Shown: positions 42,296 to 54,680, counted from the first letter of the stretch. The stretch is DNA of 64,000 bases from Diplonema japonicum (GCA_964019335.1 OZ025729.1:372001-436000); one strand, 5' to 3'. Program-made: numbers and translations. The notes: a model not told the origin generated them from the sequence alone.

Positions 42296-43896
42296 GGTCT
42301 CAGCCGGCGGTGCCGCGTTGGCCGGTCAGCTTGACGGACGTGTTCAGAACCTATGATTATGTGGAGTCGTGGCTGGAGCTGGGTTCGAGTGTGCGGCTGC
42401 CGAAGGCGGCGTACATCGGTGAGGTCGACAGAATACCCACCTCCACGATCGACACGGATGGCTTGTTGCTCAGGTTCCCGAGGCTGGAGGGTTCTCTACG
42501 ATGGTGGACGGACGTCCATTTCCTTAGAAGCGTGGTGAAGCAGTCCTTTAGGAAGTCTCCGGGTCCCCCTAACGAAAAGCTACGACCCCACGCACGTTCC
42601 CTCTGGATGATGGGTTTGACCGAGCCGTCAACGAGGACCTCCGCCCCGTGGTATCACTCCGCGTTCACTGTCCCGAAGAAGGATCCCTCGAGGCTGCGCT
42701 TTATCCTTGCCTGCACGGACTTCAACAACGCTACTTTGGACGTGCCTCTGCCCAGCTGCAACCTGCCCGCATACCGGGACATCATCGCCGATCTAATGAG
42801 CTGCGAGTACTGCGCAGAGTACGATTTCCGCTCCTTTTTCTTCCAGTTCGGTTTACCGGAGGCGGTTAGGCCGTTCTTTTCCTTCCGAATCCGAGGCGCG
42901 GGGGACGACATGCCTTCCTACTTCAGGCTGACGAGGCTACCCATGGGGTATCGGGTGCTCAACGGGTATGCTTATTTGGGTGCTGCAGCGGCGGAGGACG
43001 TTCCTGCTCGTCATCACGCATGGATAGACAACAACTTGTTTGGAGCTGCTACGCTTGCCGCCCTGCAACAGGTCTGTGCCAGATTCGAGTCGCTGTGCAC
43101 GGAGTTTCGCGTGGTGATTGGCGACCGGGTGGAGCCGTGCTCCAAGATGGAGACGCTCGGTTTGGATCTCGGGGAGAAGCGATGGCGAATGAGTACAAGA
43201 TGGGTGCAGAAGGTGGCCGGGCCCGCTTCTACACTCTTGCGCGCTCGGGAGGCACCGGTTAGACTGTGGTGGAGGCTCGCCGGCGTCCTGCTTTGGAGAC
43301 GGCATGCTACGCTGAGGCCCTTCGGGGGGGTGGTACCGATTCTTCGCTGGATGTCCCGCACTTCAAGGGGTCAGTGCATGCGCCGGAAGAGTTTTTGGGA
43401 GACGGAGGTTACCTTGGACGAGGACACACGGACTTGCCTGGCTGGTGAGACGGAACAGTTGGCCCAAAATTTGTGGTGTGTCTGGGACCGTCGCTCGAGA
43501 CATCCGGTGGAGGCCTTCTCGGACGCGAGCATGCTGGGATGGGGTGTCACCGTGGGCGAGGACCGCTACGCATGCGGCGTGTTTCCGCGGGATTGGAAGG
43601 ACATTCCGATCTTCGAGAAAGAGCTGGTGGCGGTGTTACGCCTCGTGGAGCTCGTGTCGGGGGCAGGCGGCGGTCTGGCCATTGTGGGCGGCTGCGACAA
43701 CAAGGCCGTTATCGGGGCCGTGGCAAGGGGATACGCGCTCGACGAAGGGACGATGGGTTGGATCGCGAGGCTGCAATCCGTACTGCAGGAACGGGATTGT
43801 ACTCTCCAGCTGAGATACGTCCCATCGAAGGACAACCCCGCCGACGCCTACACTAGGCTGGCTTGGCAGCGCAGGTGGGTCACCAAGAAAACGTAG
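42292..43896 (+). CDS. Reverse transcriptase-RNase H of DIRS type
   Basis: F.VPKKD..LRFI, D...FFFQF, LPMG, WIDN; RNase H SDAS..GWG, KEL.AV, DN, VPSKDNPAD. Confidence 0.88.
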   Translation: MRSQPAVPRWPVSLTDVFRTYDYVESWLELGSSVRLPKAAYIGEVDRIPTSTIDTDGLLLRFPRLEGSLRWWTDVHFLRSVVKQSFRKSPGPPNEKLRPHARSLWMMGLTEPSTRTSAPWYHSAFTVPKKDPSRLRFILACTDFNNATLDVPLPSCNLPAYRDIIADLMSCEYCAEYDFRSFFFQFGLPEAVRPFFSFRIRGAGDDMPSYFRLTRLPMGYRVLNGYAYLGAAAAEDVPARHHAWIDNNLFGAATLAALQQVCARFESLCTEFRVVIGDRVEPCSKMETLGLDLGEKRWRMSTRWVQKVAGPASTLLRAREAPVRLWWRLAGVLLWRRHATLRPFGGVVPILRWMSRTSRGQCMRRKSFWETEVTLDEDTRTCLAGETEQLAQNLWCVWDRRSRHPVEAFSDASMLGWGVTVGEDRYACGVFPRDWKDIPIFEKELVAVLRLVELVSGAGGGLAIVGGCDNKAVIGAVARGYALDEGTMGWIARLQSVLQERDCTLQLRYVPSKDNPADAYTRLAWQRRWVTKKT

Positions 43897-45644
43897 AGGC
43901 CGGTGCCCCATGGTATTCCTGGGCGCTTAACCCTCCTCTATATGGGGGGTCCGGCTTGCACAAACAATCAGCCGACTCTTTTTTGCTGGAACAAGTAAAC
44001 AAATTTTTGAAAAGAATTGTTATTGCAAAAAAGAGTAGAGGCAGCTTGTCCGTTTATCCCTACTGTAGGTGAAAACGGCTTGCACAAACAATCAGCCGAC
44101 TCTTTTTTTGAAACAAGAGAAAAGACAAAAAAGAATTGTTCTTGCTAAAGAAAGAGTCGAGGCAGATTTGTTCGGAAAATTGGAAGCGAGTTACCGAAAG
44201 GATTCTTTTTTTAAAATACAAGGCACACCGTCATATTTGTGTGCTTTGAAAAGAAATATTTCATGTGCTGGAGACAACTTTAATTTGTCCTTTTTTGTTT
44301 TTTTTTTTGAGCCCCTCCCGAGGGTTTTCGTCCTATTCTTTTTTGGATGAGTGCTGGACAGACAAAGACTTTCTTTAGTCCGGTTGGCGGCTTTCCCCCT
44401 TTCGAATTGCGAAGGAGCACCCAGACAATTCTGCTTGCATACTCCGCAAAAGGCAAGGCACGCAAAAAGAATCGTTGTGAGGCAGGGCTCCTGGCTCAAC
44501 AAAATGAATTTCTTGCCGGGCGAAAAGGTGAGTTTTTTTTTTTTTTTTTTCTCTTTCTTTTCGAGGAGGTGGGGATAACATGGAAATATAAAGTACATCA
44601 AATGTGTTGAACGTAACGCAGATGCTCAGGGTGACGAACAGGCAGCAAACTGCACGAGCCGAATCTTGGTTACCCGGTACGCCCCGGCTGGGGTTGAGCT
44701 GTACACCGCACGCATTAAGGACACGACGCCGCCAACACCGGCCTCCTTTAACTCTTTTTTTTTCTTTTTTTTTTTTTGTTTCCTACAGTTTTCTAATATT
44801 TGCTGTATTACAGTATTTTATTTCTTCCCCTGTCCTTCTTTTCTTGAAAGGAGCTGTGAACCTTTGAAGGTTCTTTTTTTTTTCTCTTTTTCGACAGGCT
44901 GACTTCAACCATTTCAGTTTCACTACTGCCTTACGAACTGATATCGGGTAGAGTGAGGCAAACACTTCTTCATTGCAGTCCCACAGTCTGCAGTTGTTAT
45001 TTTTTTAACTTTGTGTTTTTTTATTTTCTATTTGTTATTTCACCCTTCGTCATTTTCTTCACTCACTAGGGGGCCTCATAATTTACAACGCTGCTCGCCC
45101 ATAATTTAACTACTTAAATTATGTGAATTTTGGAGTAAAATAATGGCGCTTCAGTGAAAAAATGGGCCCCCAAAAAAAAGAAAAATGCGTCTCCCCAAAA
45201 AGTGGGGGTTTTTTTTTTTGAGGGGGACATTTTGACTCTTTTTAGCCATCTGAGGCCATTCCGACCCTTAAAAGTGGGAACAAGTGCTTACTTCCCTTTA
45301 AAATGCCACGGCGATAGCTACCTCGTATTACCTTAGGGAAACCCCCAAAGCTGACCCGTCGTGTGAGGGAAACAGCAGTGAAGAGTGAGTGACTCAAATG
45401 ACGAAGAGTGAAATAAAACGACTTACTTGCCGCCAAATGAGCCATCATTTAACACTCGTTACCGTTTTTTTGCAAGAGTGTCCTCCTGCAAAAAAACTCT
45501 GGAACTCGAGTTGAAAAATAATGACTTGGTTGGCAATTAAATAGCTATTTTTGTTGTGTGTTTTAAGCCAGCTGAAGAAAAAGAAGAAAAAAAAAAAAAA
45601 GAACATATTTCTGAGCTGTGGTCTGTGCGGGGGCCGGAAAAGCA

Positions 45645-45675
<31 letters not shown>

Positions 45676-46517
45676 CAAAACCTTGGGCGCTGATCGTGCA
45701 AAGAAATTTGGATCGATGAAAACGGGTTTGCGGGTACTTTTTATTTGCCCTTGAGCGCCCTGCCTCTCCCGCCGAAAAACAAAAGAATTAATGTTTCCGT
45801 ATGCCCACACACATTCCAAAACACACTGCTCGGGCTATGATGTCCCGTTTATGTTTTTTTTTTGAAGGCAAATTGGCAAAATCCGACTTTAATTGATTCA
45901 AATGTGCGCCGGTGTTTAGGGTTCGTAAAGGGGAATCGCTTTTGCAGACAATGTTGTTCACCATGTTTTGGTCTTGGTCAAAACTCTCTAACAAGGAAAC
46001 TAACTTGACAAAATGAACTAAATTCCCGCGGGAAGTGGATTGAGGTTGAGATTTTCTCTTTTTCTTTTCTTTTCAGGCCAACCTTAGGTTTGTCCCTCCC
46101 TGTATGGTGAATCTTCGGTCGAATCTTCATACTCGTTCTGATCGGTCGCTGTTGTTAACAACCCCCTCTTTTTTTTTTTTTTTTTTTTTTTTTAAATTGT
46201 TTTGTGTGTCACTTTTTTTTTTTTATACTCTAAGTTATGTTTTGCAAAAAGAAAAAAAAAAAAAAAAAAAAGAAACGGAAAAAGCCTTGACAGTTAGCCG
46301 GTTAGATTCTGCACCCTCTCTCTTTCTCTATTTTTCCTTCGTGGGTACAGAGTGCACTGTTCATGCAGATAAAGAAATGAAAGGAGAAGGGGATAAAGAA
46401 AACACTAATAAAGAGGGGGGGGGGGGGGGGGGGGTGTCTTTGGGTAAAAACAAAACCGTTTGCAGTAGCTTGTGTATCTTTTTAGGTTAAAGTTTCGGAA
46501 GAGGGAATTCTACCTTC

Positions 46518-48022
46518 TAAAGGGGGGGCCTGAATAATTCCCTCCCAAATAATGTGTTTTTTCCCAAATAATTCTTTTTTTTTTGGGGATTTTTCCACTC
46601 CAAATTTCCCAAATAATTCCCAACCCCCTTTCTTTTTTTTTTTTGGGGACCAGGGGGGGGGTCACATGGTAGTCGTGCAATGGGCTTTTCTCAGTTATGC
46701 CTGTGCAGGGTACTAGCCTACCTAACCCATTATGACACCCCTTTTTTGACCAAAAAGTCGATTTTCACCTGGTTTTGGGCACTTACGAGCAATTCCTTTG
46801 CATTTTGAACAGGGACCACAGGGTTTGGCACCTGGGTTATTGTGGGGGACTATTAATCTTAATGCAAGAAGCTAGCTGGTTTGTGATGAACGGTTCAAAA
46901 TTTCACAGAACCACTTAGTTCAAAGGCGCTTGTGGGTGGCCTGGGTGCTTCTGCGTTGCCGGAAGGGCATGTGCATTCATGTGTTGACAACTTATCCAGT
47001 ATTTGCTTTGTTTCATGGCCCACAATGTCAATATTCCATTCCTGAGCAAGATCCCAAAGTTGTGTCGTAGCCCACTGGCAGTATTGTGAGGCTGCTTACA
47101 CAAGTAAGAGTGCTGGCCCAGTGAGCCATGAGGGCAAAAACCCCATTTTCTTCTAGAAGATGAGAAATATATTATAGTGCAACATGATCAGACTGGAACG
47201 GCCGCCCTGGGGCATCCTCTGCTCAACCCAGCAGACGTGGGAGGCCCTTCTTCAGAAGGTGCCAGTCGCTTGATCAGTGCCGTCGTGCACGCTATATTTT
47301 ATTAGTACAAATATAACAATCGATTGAAAAGGAAAAGTCTGTATTGTGAGGCTGCTTCTCACCATTTTGAGGGGTTAAGGGGGGCTGTGGCATGCCCCAA
47401 GCAGCCGAGATGGGACGTTGATGACTGCAGCAGAGTGCCGAGTCAACGTGGCACTGTGGATAGGGCAAGCACATGAGAAAGGTCATGCAACTGCTCAACA
47501 CCTTTAGCTATATGCGATCTCACGGCTACCTTCCAGGTAGTTCCGAGGAGGCCATACAGCTAAGGGCACTTAGCAAAGTTTAGACAGTGCAGCACAGAAC
47601 GTTGTTGCAGGTGTTACAATGGACACTACACCATGAGACTCCAGCAGCCTCCCAAGCCCTTGCAGCTTCTCAAGCCCTGACAGTTTCTCAAGCCTCTCAG
47701 ACCCCAGCAACCTCCCAGCAACCACCTAACGCCAAAACCAGGCGGTTTGTCTGCAACGTTTGTGGGTTCTCCACAGCCTGGGAGAAAAACTGTTAAAATT
47801 TCCCTTGGAAAAAAAAAGGGCATGAAAAAAGTCTTGGCACGATTTAGCATGTTAAGATTTCCGAAGTGCTCTAAGCCCCGCTCCCTGCTTTCCATGTGGC
47901 AGGCCCCCCAGCCCAAATAAGTACAACCCAAATAAGTGTATTCCAAATAATTCTTTTTTTTTGGAGCCCTAACACCCCCCCTCCACTGCCCAAATAAAGG
48001 GATTATTCAGGGGGCCCCTTTA
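46518..48022. mobile_element. ~1.5-kb decayed TIR DNA element
   Basis: taaagggggggcctgaataattccct / agggattattcagggggccccttta; subterminal cccaaataa arrays at both ends; internal CNVCGF zinc-finger-like remnant. Confidence 0.65.
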
Positions 48023-48921
48023 TATTTTTTCTTTTTTTTTTTTTATATATGTCGTTCAGTTCTTCCCAAAAACTACAGGGAACGTCTCACAAAGACCATC
48101 CTTTAACTCATTTCCCGGTTTTGTCACACAAAGAATGAAAAAAAAAAAAAGAAGAAGAAGAAAAAAAAGGGGTTTTTTCTATACAAATCTCTATTGTTAC
48201 ATTCCCCACAAACCGAGCATTTTTTTTTTCTTCCATGTCTCACTTCTACTCCTTACAGGCCCGTTTCACCGTTTTTAGAAAGAGCACCACGGAGCCTCCT
48301 CAGCTCACATGCTCATATTCGAGACCAAATAGGGTTTTAGCTTGAAGTTGCGGTTAGTTAAATTATCTAATTAGTCTCAATTAGGCACGGTTGAAGGTTA
48401 CTTCTGATGTGGGACATGATGCGTTTTTTTTCTTTGAGTGTAGTCACTCACTTTGGATTCTCGTTTCCCCCTTTCCCCCTTTTTATCGACAAAGAGAATG
48501 TCATATGCAGCTGAAAGTCTGGTCCTAGCTTTTGTATTAACAATAGAAAACTTGTCAGTACCGAAAGGCTATTCGTTTGGCAACGCAGTTGATGTGGTCT
48601 GCTAGTGCAAGACATGCGCTACAATTTCTTTTTTTCTTCTTTTTTTTTGGGCTTAAAAAGTGCCTAAAGGTAAAGCAGGGGAACAATTGATTTTCTTTTT
48701 TTTTTTTTGCAAGAACGAGTTGGGCTTTGGCTTGTCCAAACAAAAGGAGAACGTTGGCAAAACGTGTTTTTTCGGGTTTACAAACTTCTACAGGTTTTTA
48801 CCCGGGTACAAAAAAACGGCAGTTCCTCTTTTTTATTTTTTTTTTTTTTTTATTTTTTATTTGAACAGATATCATCATAAAACAAAGAAGAAAAAAAAAA
48901 AGAAAGAATTTTTTTTTTTTT

Positions 48922-48963
48922 GGGCGGGCCGTTGCTAACCACTTCGTTGCCTATCATAGTGAA
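48922..48963 (+). repeat. ~40-nt LINE 3'-terminal tag
   Basis: Matches 53598-53637 with one insertion; in a T-run; a more degenerate copy lies near 49436-49466. Confidence 0.8.
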
Positions 48964-50136
48964 TTTCTTTTTATTAATTGCGAATTCTCACATCCTCCCC
49001 TCCCTCTCCAGCTTTTGTGGAAGCTCTCATGTGGCAAAGAAAAACAAAAAGAAGGGTGGAAGGGAAAAAAAAAAAGGTTGATGAAGAAACATGACAGAAG
49101 TTTCTTTGACCAATGATTGAAGTTCTGGTCGGTGCAACAAGGCCTCTCTTATTGGAGATGCCTCGCTTCTGGCGTAAAGCTTCTTCTTTTTTTTCTTTTC
49201 CCCTCAGTTATTCTTTTTTTTCTTGTTGCATTGCCCCTCAGTTTCTCCTTGTTCTTTTTTTTTCTCTTTTTTCTTGTTCGTTTTCTTTTTTTTTTTTTTC
49301 AGGTAGAAGATTGGTAATATTAACCGATATTCAATAAAAAAAAAAGGATATTTCCTGCCTTTTTTTTTCTTAAATGTCAGAATTTTTTTTTATCTTTGCA
49401 CGACGTCACCCGAAGGGGGGGGGGGGGGGGGGGGGGTTACTAGCTACTTCGTTCCTATCATGTGATTATTTTTGTTGCTCCCTTAAGATGCAATATTTTA
49501 TATTTTCTGAAAAGACGGTAAATTGCCTGATCTCCTCTCTACAATAGCTCCTTATTTAACCTCCTCTCATCTTTTTCCTCCCCCCCCCCCCTTCTCGACT
49601 ATGTCTTTTCTTTTGTTGTTATCAAACGTTTTTAAGTCTCTCTCTTTTTTTTTTCTTGAAAGACTTTTTAACCTTTTGCAAAATCAAGTGTCCACCCAAT
49701 CTAAATATTAAGTAAACCAGCTAATTTGTTGGGTCAGTGCTAGCCATTCCCCGTGGGTGGTAACGTTCCAGTTCGATCGGGAAGACCTACTGATCCCCAC
49801 GTCCACATTCCTAAAAGTTCCTGGTGCAGGGGATAGGTTTCATTAAAAAGGTTATATTAAGAGAAACAAAAGGAGAGATTTTCACGCGCATATCTCTAAA
49901 CCAGTCTGGCAGAACCTGGAAGGTTTTCGGGAAATAGAGATTTTCGTGTAGATTTAGAGATATGAAGCATCTTTCAACAAGAAGTTCTCTATATGTTTAA
50001 AAAGGCACCGCCGTGTTTTAAACAGAATTTCTTTTTTTCTTCTTTTTTTGCTTTCGCTGAAAAAAGAAAGTACTTTGCTTGATAGTGCCTTTGGCGATAA
50101 CACACATTACACTTCTTTTTTTTTTTTCTTTTTTTT

Positions 50137-53100
50137 GCTGTTGGGTGCATGATGGCGTGGAAGGCTCAGACCACAGGTGCTTGTCGCTGGAGTCGGGGAC
50201 AACGAGAATCCGGCGGGCAGTGCTGCAGTACTCGATCCCGAGGGAGATACCGGAGGTAGCGATGACAGAAGAAGACCCCGAGCCGTCGCTGGCGGATTCC
50301 ATCTTTGAGCGGTGCATTCAGGATAGGCAGGTGGACGAGGCCTACAGGGAATGGGCCAGACTCGCAGAAGAGCATTTGATGCGGGGTTTCGCAGGGACCA
50401 CGGCGGGGGCTTACCTTGGCAGGGGTGAGACGAGGTTGCCGAAGCTGAGGGAACTGTGTCCACCTGCTACGGAAGAGATTGTCGGTGCGGTGTGCGACCG
50501 ACAAAGGAAGCTGGTGAAGCTGAAACGGTGCGTAGAGGCTGCCCAGCGACAGATTGAGGACCACCTTCGGAGGGGGCACGTAGGACAGCTTCCGCAGGTG
50601 ACCCACAATACCCTGAAGAACGCCAATGCAAGGTGCGTGAAGCTAGGTATTGACTGCGCCGTACCCATGCACGGCTCCTTGGAGAGCACAGAGGAAGCTA
50701 TCGCTGAAGTGCGTGACGTGGCGGGGAGACAGATTGCCGCGCTCTGCACGGAACAGAAGTGTAGCCGGGCTGAGGCCTACGAGAGAACGATTGTCTCGAA
50801 CCTGGACGAGGGTAGGAGGCACCTCACGGCGCTGCTGCGGGGAACGCAATGCGAGAGGTCAGTGGCGGTGGACGCTGGGGACGGTGTGACGGCGGACCCA
50901 CAAGAAATGGACGAGGTGTTCAGGGAGGCGTGGAAAGGGATCTTCTGCTCGGAAAGACGAGAACCGCAATTCTCCGATTTCAGGAAAAAGTACGAGGAAC
51001 ACATACAGCACCAGGAAATGCCGAGGTCAGAGATTACGGGGAGGCTGCTCCAGGAGGTGCTGAGCCGCAAGCGTCCTAGGGGCGCGTGTGGGGTCGACGG
51101 ATGGCGCAACGCAGAGCTGAAGAGGCTGCCCAGGTGGGTATTGGACGGACTGGCAGACCTGTTTAACCTGATCGAGAGGGAGGGGAGGTGGCCGGAAGCC
51201 ATGTGTACGGCCCTGGTGTCGCTAATACCGAAGGGGGCAGGCCTCGGCCCCTTGGACCACAGACCGATTACTGTCACCAGCGCGGTGTATCGACTGTGGG
51301 CATGCGCCAGGCTGAGGACGGTTCTCCCGTGGCAAGAACGGTGGATCTGCGAGAGACAGCACAGCTTTCGGAAGGGGCGGGGCACGGAGACGGCACTACT
51401 GGACCTCCTAGCTCAGTATGAAGAGGCGATGTTGGAGGGTAAGGAGCTGGTGGGCGTGGCTCTGGATTTTGCGAAATGCTTCGACCTGGTACCGCAGCGG
51501 CTCACCTTCGAGCTAATGCGGAGCCTTGGGCTCGAGCCGGGAATTGCGTGCGCAATGGAGGGCATGTACTCACAGATCACGCGGCGGTTCAAGTACCCCT
51601 TTGGGGTGGGCGAAACCTTCAGAGTGACCAATGGGATCCTGCAAGGGTGTCCGCTGTCCGTGATCATGATCAATGCGCTCATTGCGGTCATGCTTAAGGC
51701 GCTGGAAGCCGGTGGAGACCTCGTGACGATAGCCTATGCGGACGACGCCTACATGCTGGCTAAGTTGCGGGAGGCACTACAAGCGGCGACGGACGGTGTC
51801 ATGGAGTTCTGTACGATAACGGGCATGGAGTTGAATATACGGAAGACGGTGGTCATCGGAAAGTGTATCATCCACGTCGGTAGTGAGGTGGACGGAAGAA
51901 GAAGGAAGGTAAGGCTCAACAAGGTCGACAAACATAAGGCTTTGGGAACTATGCTGAACACGACAGCATGCGGCACGAGCTGGAACGACGCCGCGGTTAC
52001 TGCAAGACAGAAGGTGGAAAGGCTGGCTTCGACCCAACTCTCTTTTCAGAGGAAGGAGAGCCTCATCAGAACTCATATTATGCCGGGACTGCTATACAGC
52101 TCGAGCTTCTCTCCGCCGAGTGACTGGAGTCTCAGTCAGCTTAAAGGCTCGATCGTGAAATGCCTGTGGGGCCCCCACTACAGAGGAAGATCTCCAGACG
52201 TGGTACTGTCAATCCTGGCGCGAGCGCACCGGGTGGACCCGCTGTGTGCCGTAGTATACAGTGCTTTGATGATGCTGAGGAGGTGCTGGCTGAGGCAGGA
52301 CGGGGCAATGGCAGCATGGACGCAGTTGGCACAGGCGTACGAAACTTCTGGGCAGGTGAGGCCGAGGGGGGTCGTGGGAAATGTGCTCCTGAGGTGGCTT
52401 CCGGCGATCGGATGGAAGTGGGAAAGGCTGGCAAGCTGGCACAGAGGAGAGAATCCTGGGCACGACCTCAGGGAGGCTCTGCGGAGGATGAGGACATCGG
52501 GTGTTGTGAAGGCGCGAAGCACGATGGCCGGGCTTGGGATGGGCGCGGCCCCTGCAACGAACGCTTACTGGATGAAGTGCAGCGCACGCAGACCGCTCGA
52601 AGCGTGGCGGGTGAGGAGGATAATCGCCGGGGCGGTGCCGTACCTCAGCCCGTATGCGAAACAAGTTTTACTCTCCCCTCCTGAAGAACCTGATGAGGAA
52701 GGAGGTGAGGGGAGCGAGGAAGAAGCCGACCACCTGGATAGGGGGAGGACGGACAAAGCAGCGGGAACGCTCAATTGCGACGTCTGTGATGCTGCGAAGG
52801 GCAGCACAGTTAGGTTGCTGCGACACCAGCTTTGGGAGTGCGAGGTCGCATTGGAGGTGCAGAAGAAGGAGGTATATAACGGTCTGGTCAGGAGCGAAAG
52901 GTGGCCGATCTGTTTGGAGCTGCACGGGATTCTCCCGAGGAAGGTCGTGTTCCGCGGTTTGGAGAGGCTGCAGAGGTATTTGGCAGAGGTGGTGAGGCGC
53001 AGGGACGATGCTCTGGCGGTGAAGCGGTTCGCGGTTGAGAAGGAACCGCCGTGGGTGGTGACGACTCAAGGAAGGCGTTTCGAGGCGCCAAAGGTTGTGG

Positions 53101-53637
53101 AACTGTACAAGCTCAAGCTGACCCCGCAGCTCAGGGAGTATGGTGATCAGGTGCTGAGATGGCTGGCTGCGCTGCGGTGGGCGGAGGAGGGAACGTCCGT
53201 GTCGGCGATCGAGCTGGCGATTGACTTCGAGTGCTACACGAAGAAGACGCTGGGGGTTAACATCAACACGACGATTGACATCGACAAGAAGGCGGTGAGG
53301 ATCAAGCGGATCCTGGATACGCTGCAAGCGACATGGATGAGGGAGAAGAGGAGGCGCGCTTTTCCGGCGCAGTCATGCAAGAACGTGAGATCACTACGAT
53401 CCATTGGCCGCGACCACGTCGTTGGCTTTGATAGGAGGGCCCTGTTTGCATCGGGGCTGACGGCGACCAAGCTGAAAGGACTGAGAGAAGATTACCGGAA
53501 AGAAAGGATTGGAAGATATAAACGACAGCTAGGCACTACGGTGGGTAGCAGGGAACGACCCCAAAAGGGGAGCATCATAAGGTAGGCACGCCACCGCGGC
53601 GGGCCGTTGCTAACCACTTCGTTCCTATCATAGTGAA
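50137..53637 (+). mobile_element. 5'-truncated non-LTR retrotransposon, same group as 23031; RT ORF uninterrupted to 53585
   Basis: Starts at the APE C-terminal SDH; RT with HRPI, LDFAKCFD, GILQGCPLS, YADD; CDVC..HQLWEC; 3' end ..tagtgaa followed by a T-run. Confidence 0.92.
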
Positions 53638-53676
53638 TTTTTTTTAAACAGGGCGCCATAATTATATTTTTTTTTT

Positions 53677-53813
53677 GTTACAAATATTTATCAAAAAAAT
53701 GATTATAACTATATGCAACTTGTGCCGAGTAAAAAAAAGAAACAGCTTTCGCAGCTTTTTAAGAACCTTTTTGCTCGCGCGAACAACAAAGACGTATAGT
53801 CATAAAGAATTAT
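53677..53813. repeat. Dispersed hairpin repeat (copy B)
   Basis: Matches 19417-19550. Confidence 0.7.
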
Positions 53814-54680
53814 TGTTCGCGGGCTCGGCCAGACGTCAAGGATGCCTACTTTTTTTTTTTGAAACTGCAAGACACTTTATGGGTTTAAAAAATTCGGGTC
53901 CACAGTTCTGGTGTTCAGGTGGCCCTTCAGGCCAACCCTGTTGGCCGTAAGTCTTTGTTTGCTCGTCCAGAATCCTTGGTTTGTTATTGACGCCCGTCCA
54001 GTGGGTAGGGTGTTTTGTGGATCGCTAGCTTGATGGGAGCTAAGTGATTTATATCTTCAGTACAAAAGGAAAATACGGGGAAATCCCTCCCCCCCCCTGT
54101 TTTTTTCTCTTGTCTTTCTTTTTATACGACCATCACTTCTATCTTTTGTATTTTGTAAAATAGTATTTTTAAAAAGGGACGGGACTGGCACACCCACCCT
54201 TTTCAGTTATCTACCACACCTTATGTATGACCCGAGACCCCGCTTTTACCACAAAATGCCGCTCAATACCAGATTTACACATTTTATGGTTATGTTTTTT
54301 TTTTTTTTTTTAAATTGGCATGTTTTCTGGCACGTGCTTCTTGTGACCCTGCTTTAAGATAGAATAGAGTCTTCTGCAGGATAAGTCCAAAAAAAAAAAA
54401 CAATTTCCCAAAAAAAAAAGTGTTAACATTTATGTCGCGGGGTGAACTCATATTCGCATTTTATATTTATCTCTTTCACGAGAGTCATGACAACAGGTGA
54501 ACGATCTTACATCTTTATTGAGTAACCACTATACGAAATATCTACAATCAATGCACATGATGCGTCGGGTATACCTTTCCTTTTATACTCCTACGAGCAT
54601 GACATAAGAGCTCCTCTTTTTTTTTTTTTTTTGAAAAGGATAACTGCTTGCTTCTTCCTTTTTCTCTTTTCTTCTTCTTT

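Larger units (their letters stand above)
40167..44102 (+). mobile_element. Tyrosine-recombinase (DIRS-order; VIPER/TATE/Ngaro-like) retrotransposon with split direct repeats
   Basis: A1 40167-40273; B1 43952-43978, A2 from 43985, B2 ending 44102; gene order gag-YR-RT/RNase H; both ends abut T-runs. Confidence 0.9.
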
